From: Basidiobolus meristosporus CBS 931.73
Lineage: Eukaryota; Fungi; Basidiobolomycota
Reading direction: 5' to 3'
Assembly (NCBI GenBank): GCA_002104905.1
Contig: MCFE01000428.1
Location: 1 to 64,000, forward strand
Length of the DNA stretch: 64,000 bases
Part shown: piece after piece, positions 1 through 12,428 of the stretch
How the letters are laid out: every line of letters begins with the position of its first letter
How positions within the stretch are numbered: the first letter of the stretch is position 1
Program-made: the position numbers and the translations under genes
Notes under the pieces: generated by a model
What the model was told of the DNA's origin: nothing
The model's input: only the letters and a program-made list of their open reading frames with translations
The model's database searches: none

Positions 1-278
1 TCACTTAGTGTTACAGTTGTATTACTTCTAAAAGAGTATAAATACTAAGTTTGTTTACAAATAGACAACAGTTCAACTATTTCTTTATGTCTTGATAAGC
101 TCCATGTATTCAAAACACTTCTCAAGTTGCAACAGAATCATTCTTATTTATTTCCTTACCACTGTAACAATGGGTATTCCATATATTATTGGAATCAAAA
201 TGAATTATGGCCTCCTGCTCACTAACCTCTGGGTATGCTCACACCTGCAGTAATTAATACACTTCTGTCACCTCAACT

Positions 279-2690
279 TTATGGCTTTGTAGTGTGATAC
301 TTGCAAAGTGGCATTGTACTTTGTTTTGCTGGTGACACACACATCTTGGAGCATATGCTCAGTTGCCACCACTTAGCCATGAATACCTTTTGAATATCCT
401 TAAAGTACCTCTGGATAATTAGCCAATACATTCCTTCTCCCTGTTGAGTCCTAGTTCCCCTTATAGGTACACTCTCCTTATGAAATACAATCTGGTCCTT
501 CAGGTGGATCCAATCAAGATCAGCCATCAAGATCTTGTAATGATGCAATCAAAATGCCTCCAGCTTGGAATTATTGGCTCCTCTCATCATCTTATGATGG
601 AGTTGTGATGGTATTTTGCTGAAACTACTCCTAAATATGTAAACAAGCTGAACAGTCTTCAAGTTGTCTTTAAACCAAATCTTGATGACATTTGTATGGT
701 TCTCTAGTGGACTATACTTTTCAAGCAAACTCAACTGGCCAGTGCATCAAATTGCCATATAGGGAGAAAACATATCAGTAATTTTAGGTCTTGTTGAGGA
801 CACCTTTTGGCATTATAAAGGCAGTATGGTGGCTGACAGCTAGTACTGTATAAAGCTAGCACACCAATTAACCAAATGGTATGTTCCATGGCTACCTCCT
901 TTTGAACCATTCATATATATATTTGTAGAGTCCTCCCAATTCATTGGTTTACCCACTACTATGGTTGGTATTCCTCATAGAGTTTAAATAAAACACTAAC
1001 ACCTCCTGCTTACCAGCCTCTACATATGCACATACTATAAATAACATACTTCTATCATCTCCACATTATAATTCCTCTGTGTTATCCTTGCAAAATTGAC
1101 AGATACCTTGTATAGTTGGTAGCGTATACAACTTGTCAGTACATACTTGGTTGCTATCACTTTTGCCACAAATACCTCTTGCATATTCACAAACTACTTT
1201 TTGGTACTTTGTCAATATATTCCTTCTCCCTGCTGTTCTCTAGTACCCCCTATAGATACATTCTGGTTTTTGGTTTATGCATTCCATATTGAATGGTGTA
1301 GAAATTAGCTTGCACCCTTGAGAACCTGCATTTGTTGGAAAAGTTGTCCTGCTAAGAATTAGTTGCTTGTTGCATCCAATGCAACTTTGTATTGCTCAAC
1401 TGATTACCTGCATGTTGGGGCTGTTTAGCCTTTTAATGCCAAGGTCTATGTGTCCTCCTGTGCACATCTGTGCTCAGTATTTTCCAACTGCTCATGGCAG
1501 TCCTCCATGCACCAACTCATCACTTCCATGATGGTTCTGATGAGCATACTCATGGTGAGATATGGATGTGGTAGTACTGGCAATTTGACTTGTCTTCCTA
1601 TCTTTCCGCACATCCACTCTTTATGAAACTCCCAAAAGGTGAAGCAAGGTCTAAGATTCTTCATGTGCTAAGCAAAATAGAGTAGAGAATGGATGCAGTA
1701 AAGGCAGCAGTCTACACATTCTGCTTTATGCTTGTAGTTCAGCAGCTCAAATCATGTAATAAATTCTTTGCATAAAAGTTGTAGAATCATCAAGCTTGCA
1801 CTCATAATCCACTTCTGGATAAATATTTCTACCACACTGGATTATGACTCTCAATGCTTCCAGTGTATTCTTGTAGAAATTGCTTCAAAGGCTACTTAAG
1901 TATATACATATCCAGTTCATCCAGTCATGTTATTTGTACTGCTGCATATGAGTATGAATATTGTTTGGAGCTTGTGAGAATACTCTGGTATCCAATTGTA
2001 TGTAATATCTTGCCAATTTTTCAAATATCTCTGGTAACACAAAGGGCTCATTTAGTTTGAACTGCCCTGTGCACAACTTGGCCATTAATATGGGGCTATT
2101 ATTGAGGAGCAAATCCATTGCTCCTGGTGGAAAGCTTTTGCTCCAACAGATTCCCTCTATTTGCAGTATCTCTGGTTTTTGATCAATCTCATATTTGTGT
2201 TGGCGTTTGGACAATAACAATGTGTGTGAGTTATGGGGTAGATCGCCAGCATTTCACACATTTGACAGCTATACCATTTATTGTGCCCAGAAAAGTTAAC
2301 TATTTTGCCAAGGGCTGGGGCAGCTGTAATGCAGATCATAATATGAACTTTAACATAATGGTCACTAACCAGTATCCCACTGCAGGGCATACAAAATTCA
2401 CCTAGCAATGGACAAAGGTAGCTACCCAGGTTGGTTGGTGATTTAGGCTCAGATATAACTGTAGCCACCATCAATTTTCTGCCCTGTTACCATAAGACAG
2501 GTGGCAGATTCAGGTTGGTGAAAATCTGCAGCTAGCAGGATTTGCTTGTTAAGTACTTGTTCAGTGAGAATCTATCAAGTGCCAAGGCAACATTATGTGC
2601 ATTCATACCTTCAAAGTAGGTCTTGATTTGTTGTTGTTTGCAATGTTTGCCATCAAGTATATTGGAAATGTTGGTGCCTGATTAATACTG
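279..2690 (-). mobile_element. Degraded CACTA/EnSpm (Transposase_21/Tnp2-type) transposase relic
   Basis: Minus-strand fragments carry the motifs in the expected order: NILDGKHC...VALAL, NLPP, ISEPKSPTNLGSYLCPLLGEF, APALGKIVNFSGHNKWYSCQMC (2157-2474), FPPGAMDLLLNNSPILMAKLCTG (1930-2220), RPCFTFWEFHKEWMCGKIGRQVKLPVLPHPY (1446-1664). Many stops and frameshifts; no TIR identified. Confidence 0.75.
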
Positions 2691-2699
2691 AGTGTGGAG

Positions 2700-3115
2700 C
2701 TTTAAAGCTTCAGATATTTGTTGGACTGCATGAGCTCAATGTTGAGCAAAATGTGCCTGACCTTGACCATGAGCATTATCCAAGATTAACATTAGCAAAT
2801 GAGTTTTGGGCTAGCATTTGTATGCTCAGAAAGTATTTCAAGAGTAGCAGAAACTATCAGAGGCCAAAGAGCAAGGGTGCCATAGCTAAAAACCAGCAGC
2901 TACCTCAAGATCCTGTTACAAGTAGGGCCAAAAGCTCTAAACAAGCATCAAAGAAATGTTGGGTAGCTTGAAGAGTGCCAATAAGGGACAAGTAGGTAGA
3001 CATGCAAGCACCAGTAGAACATTTATCAAGGAAAAAGCAGAGCTCCATTCAAGAAGCACACAGTCAGAGAAAAAGTGAAGGACCTTTCAGTAATAAAGAC
3101 TAGTGGCTTCCTCAG
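2700..3115 (+). repeat. Fragment of the unidentified repeat family also present at 47.0-49.1 kb
   Basis: Shares AAGTAT(T/C)TCAAGAGTAGCAGAAACTATCA and the peptide QLPQDPVTSRAKSSKQ..RDK (vs QLSQDPVRSRAESSKQ..RDK) with the reverse complement of 47700-48400. Confidence 0.65.
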
Positions 3116-3122
3116 GAGCCTA

Positions 3123-3670
3123 TGTTAAGATCTAATGTTTGAATATCTAAGTTGATCAGTTTTCAGTCAAGTCAATTAACTTTATTATCAGCCTATCAGT
3201 AAATCAGTATTATGCATCAAATCTGTAGTATTAGTCAGCAGATGAATCAGCATATCCTTATCAGACAGATATAGATTTCTTAGGTAGGATCTAATTGGGT
3301 GATAATGATGCAATTTAGTGAGCTGTTGGCCATAACCTGCATGTGGAAATACAATTGGTCAGCAATTGATATGGGAAATACTTATATGAGGAGTTGCTGG
3401 AACCTCAATAAAGATCAGTTCAAGTTTCAGTGAGTACTAAGCTAGCTAAACTCCTTATTCCTCTACAACTCTAGTAGTAAGACTTGTAATATTGGTAGCA
3501 GCAGTTACCAGAAACATCCCTCCTGAAGTAAGAAGAAGCCTCTCCCAAGATTTCAGGAAATCATGAACTAAAGAATGCTTTGCAGCAAATCCTGACCCAA
3601 CAGCAGCAATTACTGCAGATCCTTAGCCAGCAACAACCAGTAATGGCTACCATGGCACAGAACCAGTTAA
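3123..3670 (+). mobile_element. Probable decayed LTR (about 3123-3491) with tRNA-iMet-type PBS and start of gag
   Basis: TGTTAAG...TGTAATA ends, AATAAA near 3407, TGGTAGCAGC at 3493-3502 (complement of an iMet tRNA 3' end), then Gln-rich LQQILTQQQQLLQILSQQQP. No second copy in the window to confirm. Confidence 0.4.
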
Positions 3671-3689
3671 GCCCTGTCAAAGGCAGCTT

Positions 3690-4077
3690 TATGGCACTCC
3701 CTGGCACCATATGTGCTTTTTACAGGTTTTACTTTAGGGCTAATATTTAAATATAGTGCCAGATAGTGCCATGAACTTTTGTGACATGTTACAAGCCACA
3801 GGAGCTAGATTTGAAGTGCCTTAGGTATTGAGTACCAGATGCCTGTTGTTAGTCTTTTTGAGCTTTCATACATCTTGCACAACATTGGTTCCAAAAAAAG
3901 GTCAAAAAATGGATTTTCACAAGCACAATGGGTGAAACTCAGGGGCTGCTTTGCAAGAAGATGAAGAACTATGTTTCACACACTGTGGCCAAGTATAGGT
4001 TCACTTGGCCTCCATGTCACACTTTGACATCATTTGGCACTCATGGCTCAATGTGGCACTATCCAAAGGAACAAATC
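3690..4077. mobile_element. TGGCAC/GTGCCA-motif DNA-transposon-like fragment, possibly related to the MITE at 23538
   Basis: Clustered TGGCAC and GTGCCA motifs; ends in GGAACAAATC (MITE ends GGAACAAGCT) exactly where family-A LTR sequence begins. Left TIR not found. Confidence 0.4.
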
Positions 4078-4217
4078 TTTTGTCTCTACTCTAATGTGAA
4101 GGAAATAAGGCCACAAGCTTATCATGGGAAAACTATTGACCTACAATCCCCAGCCTAGTTAGTGCCTTAACAAAAGTATCTGCTGGGTTCAGCATCCTTC
4201 AAGATGGCAATGTACCA
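4078..4217 (-). repeat. Old family-A Gypsy LTR (A4), left piece
   Basis: Aligns with A3 LTR 12545-12685 (tctaatgtgaagg...ctacaatcccca...gctgggttcagc...caatgtac) and stops where LTR B begins. Confidence 0.8.
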
Positions 4218-4570
4218 TGTGGGTTAATACTGACTGTACTTGGTAGCTGGGGGAGCTTGTGGGTCAAGTCAGTGCCACTTGACTCAGAATAGCTTCCAAT
4301 AGAAGGTAGCAAGGTAATAAAGACTTATGTTTATTACATCAAAATTTGTCCCTTTCAGCTTGTCTCAATTGGCTTTATATATATCTCACTGAGAGGGGCT
4401 TAGGAGATAGACAGTGTGTTATAAAATAGGGATGCAAGCACCTTCCTATTATGGTAAGCGCTTTAATTAGGTAAGGACAGGAATAGGAAGAAGGACGTAT
4501 GTGGGACTTTTGGGAAAATACTTGGGGACTTTGGGTAGGACTCTGGGGGAGCTATTGGGCAAAGAGTGGG
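4218..4570 (-). repeat. Family B 3' LTR (right boundary uncertain)
   Basis: Clearly alignable with 25908-26230 (aaggtaataaagacttatgtttattacatcaaa...gcaagcaccttcctattatggtaag). Confidence 0.75.
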
Positions 4571-5919
4571 TACTACATTTGATACTCACATATTCTGGGT
4601 GATAAGAGGAAGCTTTGTCCATGAAGTTCTATGGCTAACTTGCTTCTCCAGGGTTGATTTTGTTTCTAGAGCATGGGGAGTCACCATGGTACCATTGTTT
4701 GTTGTCACTCACAAGGGGATTGTGGGCATGTACCTGGTACCATTTGGTGGCAGAGTGCAGTGTGGCATGGGTTGTTTGAGGGGTGTTTTTCACAGAGCTA
4801 AACAATTGGCAAACCATAGGGTTCTGGGAGAGCTCATTGGGGATTAGAGAACAAGAAGATTTGCAATAATCTGATAAAGTCTTGCTTCTTTATCTTGTAA
4901 ATGCTGTTGGGGCTTGTCCTTGTTGTATTCAACATGACAGCAGGGGCTATTTTGAAGAGAACATACACTTGTCTAGTAATCATCTGTTGTCAATAACAAG
5001 TTTCTGCCTCTTCTGAGACATATTGTAGTTCTTTTGCGGAGACTGTGGCACAACTGAGGTGTTTATGCACTTGCTTCATGGTTTCTACAGAGTCTGTGGT
5101 GGTTTCTTTAGTTACCTTGTAGTTGGACTTTGTACTGGCTCCTGAGTTATCCTGTGGTGAACCACTGTAGTAGTTGCAACACAGCAACTTGGTGGATTGC
5201 ATGGGCCAACTGGCTTGTGTATTTAATTTGTTTACATATCTTCTCCAGGATGATTCCTTCTTGGAAATGCAGCTTGAGATGCTTGCATATTTCTCAGAGG
5301 AGTCCTTCAGTTGAGAGTTCTATTTCTGGTGCTCTTACAGCTTGTACCAGCTATGTGTATACCTCAACAACTGTGCCACCTATCAGTGGTAAGTATGCAA
5401 CAAAATAGGGGGGCTCTTGAGGCCTTGTGTGGGTGTGACAGTTGACTCCTAGTGTCTTATGTTTGATTGTGACCAGAATGGACACTGGAATTAATGTGGT
5501 ATCCTTCTCCTTATTGATCAAGGAGCCTCCTCTCAGGTGGTATACTGTCTTCTTGGGTGGTATCTCCATACCTCATATTGGCATGGGTACCAGTCTTGTC
5601 CCTCTCTGATTTTGTCTTACATTAACATGACTGCTCCTGCAAACATCTCTTCATAGATGGTACTTGTTACATATAATGCTTGTATTGTATCACTCAACAC
5701 CTGCAAGTTGGTCTTACTTTTGATATTGCCTTGATTCTTGCTGGTAGGAGGAGTGTTGCTAGTTTTGGGTGAGCTGTTTCTGTTGGTGCTTTCCATATGC
5801 ATTCTTTGCTTCTCCCTTTGGGCAAACTTCCTTGCACATATCATTTGTACCTATACCAACTAAAAATCCCTCTTATGAACTTTATATGTATCCCATGTCT
5901 TTCTCTATCCTTGTCCTGA

Positions 5920-6990
5920 TGATTGTTTAATCACACTTTAGTCTTGGTGAAGATTGGTGGATCACTATGAAATGGTTTCAGATGGGTTGGCACTGCATTG
6001 CTGACTGTCTCACTGTCCAGGGTAATGGTGTACTTTGTTCCATGGTCCAAACAGATAATGGTGCAAGGGCCAATCCATTAGGGTGTAAATTGTGGGCAAA
6101 ACTGAAGGCCTGCAACAGTTTGGTCATACCACACCTCATTGCCTGGTCTCCATTTTTGTCTTGTTAGTTTCATGTTTTAGGTGGAGGAGGACAGTGCTTA
6201 TCATCATTTTTGATTATTTTTATGTATAGGTGGGCAATAGAGTGTATCAACCTTTCTATATAGTGGTTATGTGTTGTCAGGGGGATGCCTTCCATTGTGA
6301 ATCAAGCTCCTTCATGCTACTTAGGTCTTTGTTCATATAGGATTTCATACAGGGAGAAACCTGTTATTTTATTGGGTATGGTACGCATTGCTAGGAGTGT
6401 CAGTGGGAGCCGCTTGGCCCATGACTGGGAAAGTTCCTAGTGAAGCTTCTCTACTATGTGGCAACATGTCTGGCTCATCCTCTTGGTTAATCTTTCAGTC
6501 CAGGGGTTATACACAGCCATGAAAACCTGTTTTATGCCCATCATATTGCACAGGTGAACTACAGCGTTGTTCAGGAAGGAACCACCATTGTTGAACGGGA
6601 GTATCTAAGGATATCCATGCCAGCAGATGCAATGCCCTAGAATGAATTGGGTAATTGTCTTCTCATCTTTATTTTGGATGGATTGGGCTTCTAACAACTT
6701 TGCAAAATAATTGGTAGCAATTATAATATATTGTTCTCCTTTCTTTGCTTTCATAAATAAGCTAACAGAGCCAATCCCTTGCAGGTGATGGCATTCAATT
6801 TTTGGTAGTCAATGCAAAAACATTGATTTCCATCCTTCTTTGGGTCTATCAACTCAGGGGAGGCCCACAGAGAGTGGCTCTCTGAAATGATGTTGTGCTT
6901 TAGTAAAGTTTCAATTGTCTCTTTGAAATAATCCACATCAATTTTCAAGCTTCTATAAGCTTTTTGCTTGATGAGGTATTTGCTGGCAAG
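5920..6990 (-). pseudogene. Family B pol remnant: RT N-terminus fused by deletion to integrase
   Basis: IDYQKLNAITCK is followed within ~30 bp by AKKGEQYIIIATNYFAKLLEAQ (integrase core); most of RT, RNase H and the IN zinc finger are missing. C-terminal WIGP..I...Y...HLKPF. Confidence 0.75.
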
Positions 6991-7789
6991 GTGGATTTGG
7001 TGATATACCCTGGGTATATGGCCAATTGCCTGGTTCTTAGAGAATGCTCAAGCAAGAGGGTGTATACTTTCCAGGAACTTGTCTTGTAGCATAGGTGATA
7101 GACCAGGGTCCACATCCAGTTTGGGGAGCTCCTCTTTTGGCTCCTTGCTTGTAGGTGGGTCTTGGTTGTTTACATCAACTTCCACTATGCTAAACAACAG
7201 CACTCCTCTAAGCAGTACCACCATATGTTTTCTATTGTTAACCACTAGCATATCCGGCTTTGTGCTTTGTGTTTTGGTGGTATCCATACTTTAGGGATCA
7301 TGATTCCTTCTAGATGATGGAAAACCTTTGTTGCAGTTATCATTCTTCCATTTGTCAAATATACTATTGGTGTCTCTAATGAAATCACTGTCTCACTGGC
7401 AGGTATTATTTTTATCACCTTTTGTGTGATGATCAGACACTGTGATGATTTCACCTCCTTGATTGTCATACAGTTGCTACATGCCTTGGTCTCATTGGTG
7501 ATATGAATCAGTGGGATACTCTAGGAATCCCACCTGACTCAGAAGCACTGTGGAGTATGTCCATCTTATGTTGGATAAACCAACTCTTGCCAATAATTAG
7601 GTTGTTGGCTGCAATAGGTTGGACCAGAACATCTTGGTGTATAATCAAGTTGCCTAGCTGGATGGGGTAATTAGGTACCACACCTACTGCTGTGTCTAGT
7701 CAGTCATTTGCTAGCCATACTCAAATGGTGTTCTTGGGGACCATGTCTAATTTTAGATGGTTTGCTAGTGACTCTGACATTATAAATGT

Positions 7790-8866
7790 TGTGGTGGTGT
7801 ATAAGTCCAAAGGGCAAAATACGGCCAACACTTCTCAAGTGTGAATGTGTGTGGGGTGTTTACTGGGTGCAATAACCTCTGGCAAAAGCTTGCTAGGAAT
7901 ACTGGGTCTTTTGTCTAATCTAATGTGATGGGGAATAAAGCCTCAAGCTTGTCAAGGGAAAACTATTGAACTACAATCCCCAACTTAGTTGGTGTCTTAA
8001 CAAGAGTTTATAATGGCTTTGACGTCCTTTGAGATGACAATGTACTAAAGCTTCCAAAGTCAAAACAACTGTAAACTCCACCAACAGGGACTTGATAAGA
8101 ATGCAGCTTTGACCAATAGTTATAAAGACTGAAAAGTATCTTTGCCTGTACAAGAACAAACTTGGGAAAACAAACAATAAAATAAAATATACCTACTCTG
8201 AGTATTCCTCACAAGTAGTGCCTCCAAGGTCAGTTGGCTGTCAGTGCGGTTTCCTGGGAGTATTGTCAGGTCTGAGTCAGAAAATAGTGGTAATAGGTAG
8301 CGGTGATCTCACTAATCAATAAGTTGGAATATTGGAAGAGGGATGATTTATTTTAAAGGGTAGCCTCCCTTATATACTTTTTTGCTGCTCAATTTCTTGC
8401 TAGAAAATACTTTCCAGAAGTTTCGAGAAGGTAGTAGACAGCCAATCATGTCATTGTGTATTAAAAATAGCGCAAATTCTTGGCAGATTGTTCCATGAGA
8501 CATAGTAGCACCTAGCCAATCAGGTAGTGGTATATGAAACCCCTGTGTCATGTGGTTGCCTCTTATGGTAGTAGGATAGGAGGATTATGAGACCAAGATG
8601 GTCACATGACATGGGCACTGTTGGGGTACTTGCCTTATATGGTAACTATCTTATCTTGGCATCTTGGCAAGGAATAGGAATAGCTTGTGCAATGGGATAA
8701 TAGTGACAAATAGTTTGTCAGGTTGCATAGTAATAATCACATAGACAGAATAGAAAATATTGCAATTTGGGATGATACTAATATAGGGGGGGTTATCCTT
8801 TTTAGGGAAGTGAATGTATATAGAATGAGCACATCTGCCTGTGGGTGTCACTGTGACCCCACTACA
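7790..8866 (-). repeat. A1 3' LTR (1077 bp)
   Basis: TG...CA ends; about 97% similar to 23286-24573 once the MITE is removed; adjacent PPT (minus strand GAGAGGGGGGTGGA). Confidence 0.95.
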
Positions 8867-8905
8867 TCCACCCCCCTCTCAGCTTTGAACTCAGGTCAAA
8901 GCAAA

Positions 8906-11900
8906 CTAAATGTGATGTGCAAAATTCCGGTGCTTGAATAGCTTAAGTCTGTTTCCTGCCACCAGTGCTCTTAGCAGTGCTTCATCAAGTTCAGACAGGT
9001 AGTAGCTTCCATTTCCAATCACCTCAGAGATAATATATGGGCCAGACCACTTATTGTCTAATTTGCGACTCCACTGCTTGTCTAGAGTGGAAACATAGAG
9101 CAGTACTGGATCTCCTTGCAGTAATGGCTTTGGTCTAAGGCTATGTGACTTGTCAAATGGTTCCTTGTTCTGAAGTCTTGTCTCTTGGAGTTTAGCAGCT
9201 GCTTGGGTAATATCAAGCTCATGGTGATCAAGCTGTTTGATGCGTGTAGTCAGTAGTTCTTCTCTACTCATTGTAGTCCTCCACTCTAGCATATTCCAGG
9301 ATGTTGAGTCAAGCTCTATGGGAAGAATGCAATCGTGTCCATAAAGCAATTTGAATGGAGATAGGCCTGTGCTGCGTTTTGTAGTGATTCTATCTGCCCA
9401 GAGTGCTAGATGAAGTTGTCTATGCCACTGTAGTGTCATGTTGTTGCAGCCCTTGACTAGGGAGTTAACTAAGGGGCCATAGCCCCTTTCAACCATTCCA
9501 TTGGCCTGTGGGTGATACGCAGTGGTGAAAGCAATATGAATCTTGTATTGTGAGCAGAGTTCCTGGACCAAATTTGAAGTCATTTCTCCTTGGTCAGCAA
9601 CAAACTGGCTGATGCGGCCAAATCTGCATATTATATCTTCAAGAATAAATCTCCATACAGTGTGGCTTTTGTTATTGGATAGAGCTCGAGCTTCTACCCA
9701 CCCACTCAGATCATCTCTGGCAACAACAAGGTACTTCTTGGTACCAGCAGTTGGCATGTGGACCAGGTCAATGCCAACCTTCTGCCATAGACAAGGTGTG
9801 TAGGTTGGATGGAGCGGCTCCTCATATCTCTTGGTTGACCTTCTTTGGCAAATATCACAAGATTCAACAAAGTGTTGGACATCATGATACATATGCTCCC
9901 AGTAGTATCTACTGGAAACAACATTGTAAGTGTCGTCTCTGCCTCTATGGCCACCCGGTCTTCCTTCATGAAGGCTTGACATAATAGTCAGTTGTTCCTG
10001 GGGCTCAACTATAACTCTCCGTGGTGTCTGTCCAGGCTTTACTTGTTTGAAGAGGAGGCCATCCTTTATGTATAAATGATGGGCCTTCTTCCTGAGCTTT
10101 CTGAAATCATGTGGGCTCATTCCTGGTGGCTTCTCTAAGGTTCTCAGATAGTCTTGAATGGTGTTCCAAGTAGAGTTGCTTGGCTTCTTCACATGTAGTT
10201 GTTGGATTTCTGCATCAATTATGTCATCAAAGTCAGGGTCCATATCTTCAGACAACTGTGGTCCCTTCCTGGAGAGTGCATTGGCCACAACATTTGTCTT
10301 GCCAGGGATATGTCTGACCTCAAAGTCAAACATTTTCAGCCATGCCATCCACCAATTTGTGGCATCATCAGGTAGATCAGGCTTGTTGATCATTCCTATG
10401 AGTGGCTTAGCATCTGTCTCCAGGATGAAATGTGTCATCTAGAGTTGTGACTTCAGCTTTCTCAGCATCTTCACAACTCCTAGTAGCTCTCTCTTAATCT
10501 GTGAGTATCTTTGTTCTCTAGGAGAGAAGAGGCAGCTCTCATATCTGCAGGCATAGCGGTTGCCACCTTCATCATCTTGGCCAAGTAGTGCTCCAGCACC
10601 TATAGGACTTGCATCCACTGTCAAGATAGATGGGCATTCAGTGTTCTGATAGTCAAGAGGTCTTGGAACCGGTGGAGATACTAAGGCCTCTTTTAGTAAT
10701 TACATGGCCTCTTCTTGCTCTTCTCCCCAGATAAATGGGGTATTCTTTCTCTGTAGTTGGTAGATTGGTTCTGCTATCTCAGAAAATCCTGTGATCCAAA
10801 TCCTAAAGAACCCACAAGCTGCCACAAAGCCGCAAGCTTGTGTTAGATTTGTGGGGGTAGGCCAGTTGCATATTTTTTGTGTCTTGGAGTCTCCAGGTGA
10901 ACAACCAAAGGTGTTGCATTTTTGTCCAACAATGGACATCTCTGATATACCAAAGCTGCTTTTCTTGCCACTGATGGTGAGTCCAGCTTTTTCAATGGCT
11001 CCTAATATGGCATCATTGTCTGAAATATGGTCGTAGACAAACTTTCTTACTCCAGGCATAACTTCAGTTGTGTCCTGGAGTTTTGGTCCTTTGATGCCTA
11101 TGTCATCAACAAAGACAGCAAGTTTCTCAGGTATAAACTGGTAGAGCACATTCACCATGCATCTCTGGAACTGAGCCACAGAGTTTGTTGGCCCTTGGCT
11201 GAGTCTTGTCATTCTTAACAGTCCAAATGGTGTCTGGAGTGCAAACATATCTCTTAATGTCTCATCTAGGGGAATCTGGTCATATCCTGAATAGAGATCA
11301 TATGTTGAGTAGATGGAGTGACCACTAAAGCTCTCTGCAAAGTCATCAATAGATGGAGGTATTGCGGCATCTCTGATGGTGACAGCATTTGCAGGTTGCA
11401 TGTCTTGAATGAATTGCAGCTTTCCATTCTTCTTTTTGGTCACAAACCATCTGTTAGCATAAGGTCCATGGCAAGGTTCTAGAATACCAGCTTCAATGTT
11501 CTTCTTAAGTAGGTCATGCACATCAGCTTGGAGTCCTCTAGGTAGTGGGTAAGGCTTAAATGACCAGGGTGTGTGGGGCACTGTATGAATCTTGATAGGT
11601 TTTTCAACCAATGTCTTTAAGAGTCCCATCTCCTTGTTGTTATATGAGAAAACCTTATCATGCCTTATCAGGGTTTCTTCAAATAGTAAGATCTCCTCCG
11701 GTGTAAGGTTTCCATCACCAATGATAAGTTGCTTAAGTCTCTCAGGTGTAAGTGGTATATCTTCTGGTGTTCCTTCTGGTAGTCTGATGTAATCAGCAGG
11801 TCAAGATCCATCAGTTAAAGGTGTAAGTGATGGTCTAGTCTTCTGTTCTACTGTCTGGTATTTGTGCAAACCATAGCTGTCTGCTCCTGTATACCTAATG

Positions 11901-12428
11901 AGCAGCTCCAACTGTTGGGGTGTATATTGTCAGGCTCCTCATCTTCTTCTATAACAAGATGTGTCTTCTGGCAAGCGGTATGTGTCCTCTTATTGTTGGG
12001 TGTTACCCCACAGAATGTTGACTGTAGTCCTGGGTTGGATCCTTGTATAGTGTACCACACTGACCCATCAGAATAGTTGGTAGTTGTAGCCTTAATACTG
12101 GTCTCCCATGGTCTGCCTAACAGAAGGTCAAAGTTTGCCTTCTGGCAGATAAAGAGGGGAAGCCAGACCTTGATTCCTTGCACCTCAATAGGGAACTTGT
12201 GCACTACACCATAGAGTGGACTAGATCCTGAGTTTGCATCAGTCATGTTCCATCCAATATCTCTATTGACAGGCAGTAGCTCCTTGCTTCTAAGCGTCTT
12301 CCAGAAGTCTAGCAGCATAACACAAATCTCTGAGCCACTGTCAATATGGCAGTCAACAGGATCATCATAAATATACCCTTTCACCACAGCAGTTGCAACT
12401 GAGTAAAAGGTCTTATATTTGGTAGCGT
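8906..12428 (-). pseudogene. A1 pol: aspartic protease, RT, RNase H, integrase
   Basis: HIDSGSE protease; RT FVDD; RNase H TVDAS; integrase H-H-C-C zinc finger, DDE core and WSGPY motif. Broken by stops at 11801-11803, 10700-10702 and 10439-10441 and a 1-bp frameshift near 11862. Confidence 0.95.
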
